A DNA stretch of 64,000 bases from Phycisphaerae bacterium (GCA_963666835.2 CAXXGO010000001.1:1536001-1600000), one strand, 5' to 3'. Shown: positions 19,344-30,178, counted from the stretch's first letter. Notes: generated by a model from the letters alone, not told the origin. Made by a program: numbers and translations.

Positions 19344-21008
19344 TTGCCTACCCTTCATGTAATTGAGGGCCCGGACCAGGGTCGCACGTATCAAGTTCCC
19401 GCTGAATCCGCCGTCATTGGGCGGTCGTCGGAGGAGATTCAGTTGTCGGACGCGGGCAGCTCGCGTCGTCATGCGGAAATCCGCCGGGCTAACGGAGGCT
19501 GGCTCGTCGCCGATCTGGGAAGTTCAAACGGTACGCTTCTAAACGGGGAACCGGTGGTGTCGGTGGCGCCGCTGGGGGATGGGGATCACGTCAGAATCGG
19601 CAACACTGTTCTGGTTTTTGCGGCTCAGGAGCACATTGACGGATTCACCGGGGCTCAGCGGATTCGCGACCTGGTGGATCTCGATCTGGACGATCGCGTT
19701 GAGGAATCCGCGATCATTGAGGCCGTGGATACCTCCGAGGACAGTGTCATACTAAAGGCACCTGAGACCGCTGACGCGGTAGCCGCTTGGAACGTTGTTC
19801 ATCGGATTGCCGAGACGATGAGCACGCCGAGGTCCACGGAAGCGTTCCTGGAGAACACCGCAGACATTATTTTCGAGCATCTTGTTGCAGATCGGCTTGT
19901 GCTGCTCACTTGCGCCGGGCGGGGGAAGGAGTTGGTTCCCCAAGTTGTGCGCTACCGGACAACGGACCGCAGTCAACGGCCGCGGATTGTGACTTCGCGA
20001 TCCGTCGTCCAACACGTGGTAGAAACGCGCGACGGGGTACTTTGCGCGAATACGATGACGGAGGATCGTTTCCATCGGCACGGTAACGAGGACAGTATTC
20101 AGCAGATGGGAATGCGCAGCGTGATCTGCGTGCCTATCGTCGCGGGTGACGAGATTCACGGTGTGTGTCACCTGGACTGCGCCACGGCGCATCATACATA
20201 CACTCCGGAGCAGCTTCGCATCGCCGTGGCGATCGGCCGGTTGACCGGCATGGTGATCCAAAACGCGCGGCTAGTCGAAGAGCGGATGCGGACGGAGCGG
20301 TTGGCCGCGGTCGGAGAGGCGGCGGCGTATCTTTCTCATCACATCCGCAACATCTTACAGGGCTTGCAGGGTGGGGCGGATGTAGTGGAGCTGGGTTTCC
20401 GCAAGGAGAACCTCGGAATAACGAAATCCGGCTGGAGGCTCGTTAGCCGGAACCTGGACCGGATCTGCCAGCTCACCATGAACATGCTGACCTTCAGCAA
20501 GAAACGGCAGCCCCGGATCGACGTTACCCAGCTTAATACGATTGTCGAAGAGGTCGTAGGACTGGTGCGGGGACGGGCCGATGAGCGATCGATCAGCCTG
20601 GCGATGAAACTCGGCGATATTCCGGAAATCCCTCTGGACGTGGATGGCGTTCACCAGGCCGTTCACAACATTCTGATCAACGCGATCGACGTGGTTCCGG
20701 CGGATAGCGGTCGCGTCGACATCACCACGGCTCTGGATTCTGTCGGCGGATGTGTGGTGTTGTCGATTAGGGATAACGGCCCCGGCATTCCCCCGGAGGC
20801 GATTGAGACGATGTTCCAGGCCTTCCAGTCGTCCAAAGGGCATGGGGGGACCGGGCTCGGGCTGGCCGCGGCGAAGAAGATTGTCGATGAGCTCAACGGC
20901 CGACTGGAGGCGGACGGCGCGATCGATGCTGGGACGACCTTCCACATACGCCTTCCGCTGGTGCAGCCGAACAGTGGGGAGAATGGCGGATCCGATCCGG
21001 ACGAGTGA
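19344..21008 (+). CDS. FHA-GAF sensor histidine kinase
   Basis: FHA (IGRS, SRRHA, DLGSSNGT), GAF (SVICVPI), H-box LSHHIRN, N/G boxes (DNGPGI, GTGLGL). Confidence 0.93.
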   Translation: MPTLHVIEGPDQGRTYQVPAESAVIGRSSEEIQLSDAGSSRRHAEIRRANGGWLVADLGSSNGTLLNGEPVVSVAPLGDGDHVRIGNTVLVFAAQEHIDGFTGAQRIRDLVDLDLDDRVEESAIIEAVDTSEDSVILKAPETADAVAAWNVVHRIAETMSTPRSTEAFLENTADIIFEHLVADRLVLLTCAGRGKELVPQVVRYRTTDRSQRPRIVTSRSVVQHVVETRDGVLCANTMTEDRFHRHGNEDSIQQMGMRSVICVPIVAGDEIHGVCHLDCATAHHTYTPEQLRIAVAIGRLTGMVIQNARLVEERMRTERLAAVGEAAAYLSHHIRNILQGLQGGADVVELGFRKENLGITKSGWRLVSRNLDRICQLTMNMLTFSKKRQPRIDVTQLNTIVEEVVGLVRGRADERSISLAMKLGDIPEIPLDVDGVHQAVHNILINAIDVVPADSGRVDITTALDSVGGCVVLSIRDNGPGIPPEAIETMFQAFQSSKGHGGTGLGLAAAKKIVDELNGRLEADGAIDAGTTFHIRLPLVQPNSGENGGSDPDE

Positions 21009-21177
21009 GCATGCGGGAGCAGCGGCAAGGGCAAGTCCGGGGCGGCGTTTGGCGGATTCCCCTTCCTGACGGGCTAGTGCTTTGTCGCACGTAGAGGTTC
21101 GGGGCAATACCCACGGCGCTACGTTCCTGCGCCGCTCAAGAGCAGTTGCACACCCAGAACCCAGTCGTGACTCAGCA

Positions 21178-21552
21178 TTAATCGAACCCAAGTTGGGCGA
21201 GATCTTCCTCGGTGAGGCCGAAATGGTGCCCGACCTCATGAAAGACCGTCTTGCGGATTTGTCGCACCACCTGTCGGCGGTTTCGGCACATCCGCTCGAT
21301 GTTGCGTTGGTAGATGGTGATGTGATCGGGGAGGCTCATGCCCTGTTCTACGCTTCTTTCGGTCAGCGGGGTGCCGCGATAGAGTCCGAGCAGGTTCCGG
21401 CGACTGTCCAGGCCCATCGAGTCGATGATGTGTTCGTCCGGAACCGGTTCGACGTCTACGATCAGCTCGGACATGAACGGGCGCAACGGCTCGGGGATAT
21501 CCTCGAGCGCCTCAGCAACCAGTTTCGCGAACTCCTCGTCTGAAAGCCTCAT
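21178..21552 (-). CDS. Zincin-like metallopeptidase family protein
   Basis: LLGLYRGTPL, ITIYQRNI, HEVGHHFG (HExxH). Confidence 0.9.
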   Translation of the reverse strand: MRLSDEEFAKLVAEALEDIPEPLRPFMSELIVDVEPVPDEHIIDSMGLDSRRNLLGLYRGTPLTERSVEQGMSLPDHITIYQRNIERMCRNRRQVVRQIRKTVFHEVGHHFGLTEEDLAQLGFD

Positions 21553-21703
21553 GTCGTTTGGTTTCCACGCCGACGGGCGGCATTGCGGTCCCGGTGGTCA
21601 GCCTCAGTCTTCTCGAATAGCATAGCGGTGGATTATCGAGACCGGTAGTGCGGGGGCGGACCTCGCCCCGCGGTTTCGCACAGGTCCATCGGGAGAGCGG
21701 GAC

Positions 21704-22705
21704 ATGGGGCGATTCGGGTTGAGTACGAGGACTTCGACATTCGGGTTGGTCGCACTGTTGTGCGGGACCGTTCTCTCCGGCTGCAGCGCGCCCAGTCTGC
21801 TGATTACTCCCGTGTCCGGCAAGCGCGATCTTGTGGAAACGGTGCTGCAGCGGGACTCGATATGGGCTCGGGACAAGATTGCGCTGATCGATGTGACCGG
21901 GGTCATCATGAACGCTCCGACCCCCCAACTTCTGGGAGAGGGAGAGCACGCGGTCAGTTATCTTCTGGAACAGTTGGCGATGGCACGGCGTGACCCGAAG
22001 GTCCGCGCGGTTATCCTGCGAATAAACTCGCCCGGTGGAAGCGTTGTGGCCAGCGAGCTGATGTACGACGAGATCCGTCACTTTCGCGAAGCCGGGAAAC
22101 CGGTAGTAGCGGTCATGATGGATGTGGCGGCCAGCGGCGGATATTACATCGCCTGCGCTTGTGACGAGATTGTGGCCCAGCCGTCTACGGTAACCGGGAG
22201 CATCGGGGTCGTGATGCAACTGGTCGATCTGAGCGGAACGATGGAGATGATCGGGATTCGCAGCAACGCCATAACCTCGGGCGACTTCAAGGATGCCGGA
22301 TCGCCGTTCCGCGCTCTGCGGGATGACGAACGGAAGCTGTTCCAGGGGATTGTGGACGACATGTACGGCCGATTCGTGAAGGTCGTGGCCGAGGGGCGTC
22401 CGAATCTTGATGAGGCCGCTGTTAGGGAGCTGGCGGACGGGCGGGTCTTCACCGCGACCCAGGCTTTGGAGCACGGCCTGATCGATCGGATTACTATCTT
22501 CCGCGAGGCTATTAAGCAGATTAGGGAACGGATCGGGGCCAAACGGGTCCAGCTTGTAACTTACCGCCGCCGCACGGACTACCGGCCCAACTACTACGCG
22601 CTCGGGCCGCCGAATCCGCCGCAGCAGGTCAACCTGATCCAGTTGGATGTACCGCTAATGTCGAGCGCTCCGCGTTTCATGTACCTCTGGGCTCCGGGGC
22701 GATGA
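21704..22705 (+). CDS. sppA: Signal peptide peptidase SppA (short type, lipoprotein)
   Basis: LSGC lipobox, LRINSPGGSV, AASGGYYIA, TGSIGV, ADGRVFT. Confidence 0.93.
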   Translation: MGRFGLSTRTSTFGLVALLCGTVLSGCSAPSLLITPVSGKRDLVETVLQRDSIWARDKIALIDVTGVIMNAPTPQLLGEGEHAVSYLLEQLAMARRDPKVRAVILRINSPGGSVVASELMYDEIRHFREAGKPVVAVMMDVAASGGYYIACACDEIVAQPSTVTGSIGVVMQLVDLSGTMEMIGIRSNAITSGDFKDAGSPFRALRDDERKLFQGIVDDMYGRFVKVVAEGRPNLDEAAVRELADGRVFTATQALEHGLIDRITIFREAIKQIRERIGAKRVQLVTYRRRTDYRPNYYALGPPNPPQQVNLIQLDVPLMSSAPRFMYLWAPGR

Positions 22706-22776
22706 CGGGTAACCGATTATCCAATCAGGCCGGCTCTGATTCGCCGCGCGGCTAGCAGGTAACGAGGAGGCTAGTT

Positions 22777-25254
22777 GTGCCGGGTGCTCCGAAGGAACGG
22801 AAAGAAACACGGGGAGAACTCCGGTTGTCTTCGGCGGCGATTGGCGGGGTCAGCCGGCGTGGCGAGTGGCTTGTTCTGAGCGGTATTCTGCTGCTCGGAC
22901 TGGCGTTGCGCGTAGCCTACCTTTCTGAAGCTGCAACTACGCCGGAATTCTCCGCACCGGCAATCGATCCGGGTTACCATGACTACTGGGCTCGAGGACT
23001 GGTTACCGGTGATTGGACTCCACCGGAGGGTCAACCTGATCCGAGGATTACGTCCACTCCATACTTCGTGCCGCCGGGGTATCCATACTTTTTGGCTCTG
23101 GTCTATCGAGTAGCGGGATTGAGTTACGTTTCCCCTCGGGTTATGCAGCTTCTCCTGGGATTGGCGAATATCGGGCTGGCGTTTTGGTTGGCGAGGATCT
23201 GGTATGGCAAGACGGTGGCACTCGTATTTGCAGGGCTCATGTCCGTATACTGGGTGTTGATCTACTATGAGGGCCAGTTGCAAGAGCCGATTCTACTGGT
23301 CTTCTGCATCCTGGTGAGCCTGCACCTGATCGGCAGGTGGTTGAGCAATCGGTCGTGGTGGTGGGCGGCGCTCGGCGGGGTGCTGCTGGGGGCGGCTTCG
23401 CTGGTGCGGCCCAACGCGTTGGTGTTCGTGCCGATCGCAGGGCTCTGGATGTTGTGGGTAGGGCGAGGGCGGGCGGAGCGTCGCCGGAGTTTGCTTGCGG
23501 TTACCGGCCTTGTTGTAGGTGCCGTCGCGGCAATCTCCCCGGCCACGATTCGCAACTATGTGGTAGCGGACGATTTCGTTCTGATCTCGGCGAACGCCGG
23601 TGTTAACCTGTTCATCGGCAACAACGAGGACGCCGACGGTTTCTACTACGGCAGTCTTGGCGGGCTGGGGGAGTTTGGTACGTGCTTCGAGTATCCGCGG
23701 ATCGTCCGGCAAGTAGAGCTGGCGACCGGTAGACCGCTCAAGTACTCCGAGGTCTCTTCGTACTTCTCGGCCCGAGCTGTCAAGTACATTCGTGAGCACC
23801 CCGGGCGGACTCTGCGTATGACGATGAGAAAGGCGGCACTCTTTTGGGGGCCCCACGAGATCTCCCACAACCGCGTCGTCCACTATGACCGCTTGTTTTC
23901 GAAGGTCCTTGGCAACCTGCCCGGGGACTTCCCTTTGGTCGTAGCATTCTTCGCTCTCGGTGTCGCATCCATGTCATTAGAACTGCGAAGAACCACCGTT
24001 CAAGGCGGTGGGTGGACCGAACCGCAGAAGCTCTCGTTGCTGATCCTGCTAATGGTCCTGGGGTACTTCCTTTCGTATCTGCCGTTTTTCAGTACGGCGC
24101 GGTTCCGCGTCCCGATCATTCCGTTTCTTCTCCTTTTCGGAGCTTGCGGTCTGGACATGCTCGGACGGTTGGCGCGAGCGAAGGACTTTCGCCGGATTGC
24201 GGTATGGAGCGTCGTGGTGGGCGGGGTGTACGTGGTGGCGCGAATGTCGCCGGTGTCGTACGAGCCGGATCTTGCCGAGTGGTTGTCTGCTCGCGGAGAC
24301 GCCTGCCACCGGCTCAATGCCCCTGACCGGGCGGCCGTGTTCTTCAAAGAGTCGTTGAAGATCGACCCGGATAATCCGCGCGTCTACTGCAGTTTGGCGA
24401 TATCGCTCATGGAAACCGGGTCGGCGGCGGAGGCTGTGGCGGCTTGGGAGGACGCACTTCTCGTCGATCCCGGCAACGATCGAGCGCACTGTGATCTCGG
24501 CAACGCCTTGCTGCTGATGGGGCGACCGGACGAGGCGGAGCCCCATTTTGAGGCGGCCGTGCAGCTTCAGGCCAATTACCCCGCTCCCTACATCAATCTG
24601 GCTAATCTCAGCGCCGGGCGCGGTGATACGGATAGGGCTCTTCAACTCTACAGGCAGGCCCTGAGGCTGGCCCCCGATGCACCGGAGGTGCATGTCGGCA
24701 TGGGTATGGTGTTGGCCAGGCGCGGAGAATTCCAGGCTGCTGCCGCCAGTATTGAAGAAGCCCTGCGACTTCAACCCGATTGGCCGGATGCCTACGTGAA
24801 TCTGGGCGTGGTCTTCAAGGAGGCGGGGCAATTGCGAGAGGCTGCTGCCAGCTATCGGCGAGCGCTTCAGTTGCAGCCGGCTGACAGCAGAACGCACCAT
24901 AATCTGGGCGTGGTTCTCGAGGAACTCGGCGAGACCGACGCGGCCGTGCGCGAGTTTCTGAGGGCGATCGAGGTGTCGCCGGAGCAGGCCTTGACGTATC
25001 TGCGGCTGGGGGCGTTGATGCTCGAGCAAGGGCAAGCCGAACCGGCCCGGCGATATCTGGAGGTAGCATGCCGGCTGCTGCCCGACAGCGCGGAGGCACA
25101 TTTCGCTTACGCGAAAGCCCTCGAGCGGGAATCCGAAATCGGGGCGGCTCGAGCGGCGTTTGAAGCCGTTCTGCGGATTGACCCGGATCACGGTCCCGCC
25201 GCCGAGGGGCTGACTCGTCTGCGGGAGATGCCGGAAAGGGGTCCACCTCCATAG
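22777..25254 (+). CDS. GT-C (PMT/ArnT-like) membrane glycosyltransferase fused to TPR repeats
   Basis: IDPGYHDYWA, PPGYPYFLA, multiple TMs, LVRPN, NLFIGNN, ARFRVP; C-terminal TPRs. Confidence 0.85.
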   Translation: MPGAPKERKETRGELRLSSAAIGGVSRRGEWLVLSGILLLGLALRVAYLSEAATTPEFSAPAIDPGYHDYWARGLVTGDWTPPEGQPDPRITSTPYFVPPGYPYFLALVYRVAGLSYVSPRVMQLLLGLANIGLAFWLARIWYGKTVALVFAGLMSVYWVLIYYEGQLQEPILLVFCILVSLHLIGRWLSNRSWWWAALGGVLLGAASLVRPNALVFVPIAGLWMLWVGRGRAERRRSLLAVTGLVVGAVAAISPATIRNYVVADDFVLISANAGVNLFIGNNEDADGFYYGSLGGLGEFGTCFEYPRIVRQVELATGRPLKYSEVSSYFSARAVKYIREHPGRTLRMTMRKAALFWGPHEISHNRVVHYDRLFSKVLGNLPGDFPLVVAFFALGVASMSLELRRTTVQGGGWTEPQKLSLLILLMVLGYFLSYLPFFSTARFRVPIIPFLLLFGACGLDMLGRLARAKDFRRIAVWSVVVGGVYVVARMSPVSYEPDLAEWLSARGDACHRLNAPDRAAVFFKESLKIDPDNPRVYCSLAISLMETGSAAEAVAAWEDALLVDPGNDRAHCDLGNALLLMGRPDEAEPHFEAAVQLQANYPAPYINLANLSAGRGDTDRALQLYRQALRLAPDAPEVHVGMGMVLARRGEFQAAAASIEEALRLQPDWPDAYVNLGVVFKEAGQLREAAASYRRALQLQPADSRTHHNLGVVLEELGETDAAVREFLRAIEVSPEQALTYLRLGALMLEQGQAEPARRYLEVACRLLPDSAEAHFAYAKALERESEIGAARAAFEAVLRIDPDHGPAAEGLTRLREMPERGPPP

Positions 25255-25440
25255 TGTGCCGGCGTTGAGGAGGCGGTCTGTCTGTTCGGGCGCCGCAGGG
25301 CGTCGACGTCCGTCCGGCCCGCAGGTATTCGGCTGATTCCCCAGCGGGGCGGGTTTGGCCTCTGCGGCTTCGTCAGCGCGGGCTCCGGGTCGCGGGTGGA
25401 ACGCAACTTCTAGTTGACACGTAGCGTCGGCGCTGTTGTT

Positions 25441-26559
25441 ATGCTTCTCGTGCCTGACGATGATGATAGTTACACTCCGCAAGCGGTAATCGCCGCCGTC
25501 TGTGTCGATGAAGAGGCGTTCGACCGCCTGGGCCGCGTTCTGCGGTACCTGGCCGTAGGATTAGTTGACCAGGCCGTCCACGTTCGCTTGCTGAGTTCAG
25601 ACCGACGTATCGAGAGCTTAAGTCTGGGTCCGATTCAGACAGTGCTCCATGAGCCTATCGTGTGGCCTTTCGAGAACCGGCGGATCTCGAAAGTCTTGGA
25701 GGCGGCGGCGCACCAGGCTCCGACGGTTGTACACGGTCTGTCCGCGGGGTCATATCGGTTGGCCACGGCGTTGGCCGATGCCTTCGATGCCGATCTCGTG
25801 CTCCAGGTCACTTCGTTAACCGATTGCGATCGTATCGCCCAGATGGACCACGGGCGAGTGGGGGCGTTTTTGGCGTTCAGCGGTTCGCTGGCGCGGGTGT
25901 TGGAAGAACAACTGAAGGCGCCGGCGGATCGTATCGAGCTGGTGAGGCCCGGGATCCTGGCGTCGCAACAGATTGCCTGCTTCGCTCGGCCGGAAGGCAT
26001 CACTACGCTATTATGTACGGCCAACTTCGAGCGCGAGCGCGGGGTCGACCGGCTGATCGACGCAATTGACTTGCTGCGGCAGCGGGGTCACGAATTGCTG
26101 GCGTTTCTGTTGGGGCGTGGACGTCAGGAGTCCGCCCTTCGCCGCATGGTGCGGGATAGGAACCTCGCGTCGTACGTGGCGTTCGCTCATCCTCTGGGCG
26201 ATCACGCCGATGCGATGAAGAGCGCGGATATTTTCGTTCGTCCGACTAACGACGGGGTGTTCACCGCCGACGCTTTGCAGGCGATGGGGGCCGGCATGGC
26301 CGTGGTTTCGTTCCCCAGCACGGTTTGCGATTACCTTCGGCATGGCGAGACGGCCGTGATCTGTGCGGAGTCGACCGGGGTTGCGCTGGCCGATGCGTTG
26401 GAGGAGCTGATCGTCAACCGGGATCGGGCTCGGGAGGTCGCCGCCGCCAGTGCCGACTACGTTCGGTCTCACCACGCGATGAGCGCCATGGCCGAGCGGA
26501 CGGCCAACACGTACCGGAAACTCGCCCTCGCCCGGGCTACTTTCCCAATCACGGAGTAG
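25441..26559 (+). CDS. GT4-family glycosyltransferase (divergent)
   Basis: GT-B C-terminal pattern RERGVDRLIDAI...ADIFVRP...ALQAMGAG...LRHGETA. Confidence 0.75.
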   Translation: MLLVPDDDDSYTPQAVIAAVCVDEEAFDRLGRVLRYLAVGLVDQAVHVRLLSSDRRIESLSLGPIQTVLHEPIVWPFENRRISKVLEAAAHQAPTVVHGLSAGSYRLATALADAFDADLVLQVTSLTDCDRIAQMDHGRVGAFLAFSGSLARVLEEQLKAPADRIELVRPGILASQQIACFARPEGITTLLCTANFERERGVDRLIDAIDLLRQRGHELLAFLLGRGRQESALRRMVRDRNLASYVAFAHPLGDHADAMKSADIFVRPTNDGVFTADALQAMGAGMAVVSFPSTVCDYLRHGETAVICAESTGVALADALEELIVNRDRAREVAAASADYVRSHHAMSAMAERTANTYRKLALARATFPITE

Positions 26560-26597
26560 TCGGGGTGGATTCCGAAGCAGGACCGCATCCGGGTGAT

Positions 26598-29474
26598 ATG
26601 AAGTCCAAAGAGCTCCTTTGGGACACCCTCCGCGCGACCGTCAAGGGAGACGTTCGCACCGGCAATCTCACCAGAACGATCTACGCGACCGACGCCAGTA
26701 TCTATGAGGTCATTCCTGCGGGAGTTGTACTTCCGCGAGACATTGCGGACGTGGTAGCTACGGTAAAGGCGTGTCGAGTTGCCGGGGAATCGGTGGTTGC
26801 GAGAGGGGCGGGGACGGGACTTACGGGCGGGGCGATCGGTCCCGGGGTGCCGCTCGACCTCTCACGATACATGAACCGCATCGGCACGGTCGACGTGGCC
26901 GCTCGCACCGTCGAGGTGGAGCCCGGCGTAGTGTTGGATGAGCTGAACGCCCACCTGGCCGAGCATGGTCTGCAGTTCGGGGTGGACGTTGCCACGGGGA
27001 GCCGGGCGACTATCGGTGGGATGATCGCCAATAACTCCTGCGGCGCCCATTCCATCGTGCAGGGGCGAACGGTGGATCACGTCGTGGAGCTGACCGTTGT
27101 TCTGGCGGACGGGGAAGTTGCGACTTTCAGTCGGTTTGCGTCGTGCGAGGTTGCGTCCTCGTCCGAAGTGGTGCGGAACATCGAGGGCGAATTGGCCCGA
27201 ATCCGCGATACGTATGAGTCCGAGATTAAAGACCGGTTCCCCAAGATCCTGCGCAGTAATGCCGGGTATGGTCTGGACCGGCTGGGCCCGCGTTGCAGTA
27301 CGGTTAGTGCTGTGGATGTATTGTGCGGGAGCGAGGGCACGCTGGGGATTGTGGTGGGAGCCAAGCTGGACCTGGTCGAGCCGCCGCGATGTTGCGCGTT
27401 AGTGGTTCTGCACTTTGACGGTTTGCTCGAGGCTCTCGGGGTGGTTCCGGTGATTCTGCGTCATCGACCGGCCGCTATCGAGCTGGTGGACAAGCTGGTC
27501 CTCGACGCCGGGCGGGTGAACGCGGTGCTGCGGACCCGCTGCGATTTCCTTCAGGGCGATCCCTTGGCGATATTGGTGGTTGAGCTGACCGCCGATACCG
27601 AAGCCGAGTTGGAATCGAAGATCGAGAAGCTTCTTGCCGACCGTGAAGTGTCTGATGCCACGTTTGCGTCATCAACCGTTCGGGAGCCCCATCGACAGGC
27701 GGATGTCTGGAACCTGCGCAAGAGCGGCTTGGGTCTGCTGATGTCGAAGCCCGGAGACGAGCAGCCGTATGCGTTCATCGAAGATTCGGCGGTTGATCCG
27801 CGACGTCTGCGGGACTACATTGAACAGCTTTTGGAGATCTTGAACCGCGAGGGGGTCGAGGCGGGGTTCTACGCCCATGCCAGTGCCGGGTGCCTGCATA
27901 TTCGTCCCGTGCTCAATCTGCGGCGCGGAACGGACGTGGAGCGAATGCGGCGCATTGCCGAGGCGGTGGCGGACCTGGCCCTGCGGTTCGGCGGCACGAT
28001 AACCGGCGAGCACGGGGACGGGATTGTCCGGTCGTGTTGGCTCGAGAAGATGTACGGGGCGCGGATCGTTGAGGCTTTTGCCGAGGTGAAGCGGCTGTTC
28101 GATCCGGACAAAGTGCTCAACCCGCACAAGATCGTGGATCCCTGGCCCATGACCGAGCACTTGCGTTACGGCGCGGAGTTTGCGGCCCAGGCGGTCAAGA
28201 CCCATCTGGACTTCTCGCGGCACGGCGGGTTGGCGGGCTTGGCCAACATGTGCAGCGGGGTCGGACAGTGCCGACAAAAGGGCACAGGGACGATGTGTCC
28301 GTCCTATCAAGCCACCGGAGATGAACGCCATACGACCAGGGCGCGGGCGAATGCCTTACGGGTGGCATTGTCCAATCGAGGGCTTCTTGACGGGCTGGGC
28401 GATCCGGAGCTGGCCGAAGTGATGGACTTGTGCCTGTCGTGCAAGGCCTGCCGGACGGAGTGTCCGACCGGGGTGGATATGGCCCGGCTCAAGGCAGAGT
28501 ATCTGGCCCGGCGCAATCAGACCATGGGGGTCAGCAAGGGGGCGCGGTTGGTGGCTGATCTTCCGCGTCTTTCCCGGTTGGCGAGCCGGTTCCCGAGGAT
28601 GAGCAATCTTATCGCGCAAGCTCGTCCGGTGCGGGCTCTGGTTGAACATCGCTACGGTTTCGATCGGCGGATCCCGCTGCCGCGGTTTGCGAACCGTACG
28701 TTTCGGTCGTGGTTTCGCCGATGCCGCAAGCAAGAATCCGGTAGGGCGCATCCCCGCGGGCCGGTGGTGTTTTTTGTGGATACGTGGACTAATTTCTTCG
28801 TTCCGCAGGTCGGTATCGCCGTGGTGAAGGTGCTCGAGCGGATTGGTCATCGGGTTCTGTGCCCGGATACGGTGTGTTGCGGACGGCCGGCGATCAGCAA
28901 GGGGCTGTTGACCGAAGCCAGGCAGGCCGCCGAGCAGAATATAGCCGTGCTGGCCCCTCTCACGCGATCCGGGACGATGGTCGTCGGTGCCGAGCCGAGC
29001 TGTATTCTCACCTTGGTGGATGAGTATCCGCAACTGGTCCGCACTCAAGCCGCCCGGCGGATTGCGGGGCAGGCGGTGATGATCGAGACACTGCTGCGGC
29101 GCGTGTTGGATGAGGATCCGACGGCCCTCGATCCGCTCCGGCGTGATACGTTGCTGCTATATCACAGCCACTGTCATCAGAAGGCCCTGGTGGGATCCGA
29201 AGACGCGGTGGCGGTGCTGCGGCGTTTCTGTGCCGAGGGGTCGGCGGAGATCGACAGTGGCTGCTGTGGTATGGCCGGGGCCTTCGGGCACGAGGTGGGG
29301 CACTATGAAGTCTCCCGGGCCGTGGGGGAGGAACGGCTCTTCCCGGCCGTGCGTGCCCGCGGCGACGCCGCCATTGCCGCCGCGGGTTTCAGTTGTCGCC
29401 ACCAGATCGAGCACCACACCCATACCCCCGCGCGGCACCTCATTGAGTACCTGGCCGATGCGTTGGAGGGTTGA
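26598..29474 (+). CDS. FAD-binding, 4Fe-4S and CCG-domain oxidoreductase (GlcD/GlcF fusion, YdiJ-like)
   Basis: YATDAS, RGAGTGLTG, GSEGTLG, GEHGDG, CLSCKACRTECP, CCGRP, HCHQKA, CCGMAG. Confidence 0.92.
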   Translation: MKSKELLWDTLRATVKGDVRTGNLTRTIYATDASIYEVIPAGVVLPRDIADVVATVKACRVAGESVVARGAGTGLTGGAIGPGVPLDLSRYMNRIGTVDVAARTVEVEPGVVLDELNAHLAEHGLQFGVDVATGSRATIGGMIANNSCGAHSIVQGRTVDHVVELTVVLADGEVATFSRFASCEVASSSEVVRNIEGELARIRDTYESEIKDRFPKILRSNAGYGLDRLGPRCSTVSAVDVLCGSEGTLGIVVGAKLDLVEPPRCCALVVLHFDGLLEALGVVPVILRHRPAAIELVDKLVLDAGRVNAVLRTRCDFLQGDPLAILVVELTADTEAELESKIEKLLADREVSDATFASSTVREPHRQADVWNLRKSGLGLLMSKPGDEQPYAFIEDSAVDPRRLRDYIEQLLEILNREGVEAGFYAHASAGCLHIRPVLNLRRGTDVERMRRIAEAVADLALRFGGTITGEHGDGIVRSCWLEKMYGARIVEAFAEVKRLFDPDKVLNPHKIVDPWPMTEHLRYGAEFAAQAVKTHLDFSRHGGLAGLANMCSGVGQCRQKGTGTMCPSYQATGDERHTTRARANALRVALSNRGLLDGLGDPELAEVMDLCLSCKACRTECPTGVDMARLKAEYLARRNQTMGVSKGARLVADLPRLSRLASRFPRMSNLIAQARPVRALVEHRYGFDRRIPLPRFANRTFRSWFRRCRKQESGRAHPRGPVVFFVDTWTNFFVPQVGIAVVKVLERIGHRVLCPDTVCCGRPAISKGLLTEARQAAEQNIAVLAPLTRSGTMVVGAEPSCILTLVDEYPQLVRTQAARRIAGQAVMIETLLRRVLDEDPTALDPLRRDTLLLYHSHCHQKALVGSEDAVAVLRRFCAEGSAEIDSGCCGMAGAFGHEVGHYEVSRAVGEERLFPAVRARGDAAIAAAGFSCRHQIEHHTHTPARHLIEYLADALEG

Positions 29475-29480
29475 TAGTGG

Positions 29481-29905
29481 GGTGGCCCATGTTCTATTGA
29501 GTTTCCGGAATGACAATGTCGTGGCAGAACCGTGCGGGGTGCGGTTGCCTGGACATGGGGGAACCGACGACGATGCCCGCCGGCGATCGATGGCAGGTCT
29601 CGTGCCTCGACCATGCCCTACAAGATCAGACGGCAGGTCTCGTGCCTCGACCATGCCCTACGAAGAGTGCCAGTCGGGTGGCATGGGTCAACTTGTTGAC
29701 CCGTGGAGTAACAGCGTGTAGACAGGTGGCCCATGTTCTATTGAGTTTCCGGAATGACAATGTCGTGGCAGAACCGTGCGGGGTGCGGTTGCCTGGACAT
29801 GGGGGAACCGACGAAGATGCCCGCTGGCGATCGATGGCAGGTCTCGTGCCTCGACCATGCCCTACAAGATCAGACGGCAGGTCTCGTGCCTCGACCATGC
29901 CCTAC
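29481..29905. repeat. Direct duplication of a ~181-bp unit (29481-29661 and 29725-29905, offset 244)
   Basis: Near-identical copies beginning GGTGGCCCATGTTCTATTGAG and ending in two 40-bp units. Confidence 0.93.
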
Positions 29906-30146
29906 AAGAGCAGATGGCAGGTCTCGTGCCTCGACCATGCCCTACAAGATCAGACGGCAGGTCTCGTGGCTCGACCATGCCCTACAAGATCAGACGGCAG
30001 GTCTCGTGGCTCGACCATGCCCTACAAGATCAGACGGCAGGTCTCGTGGCTCGACCATGCCCTACAAGATCAGATGGCAGGTCTCGTGCCTCGACCATGC
30101 CCTACAAGAGCAGACGGCAGGTCTCGTGGCTTGACCGTGCCCGGCA
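29836..30146 (-). repeat. Tandem array of 40-bp GTAG-type REP-like units (7 full plus 1 degenerate; 2 more at 29592 and 29632)
   Basis: Unit GGCAGGTCTCGTGSCTCGACCATGCCCTACAAGAKCAGAY, period 40; minus strand reads GTAG followed by an imperfect palindrome; no unique spacers. Confidence 0.9.
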
Positions 30147-30178
30147 AGTGCGCATACCAAGCGGCCCACCGCTTTCGC

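Noticed and set aside
29592..30146. CRISPR array
   Set aside because: Units are contiguous 40-mers with no unique spacers, and there are no cas genes in the window.
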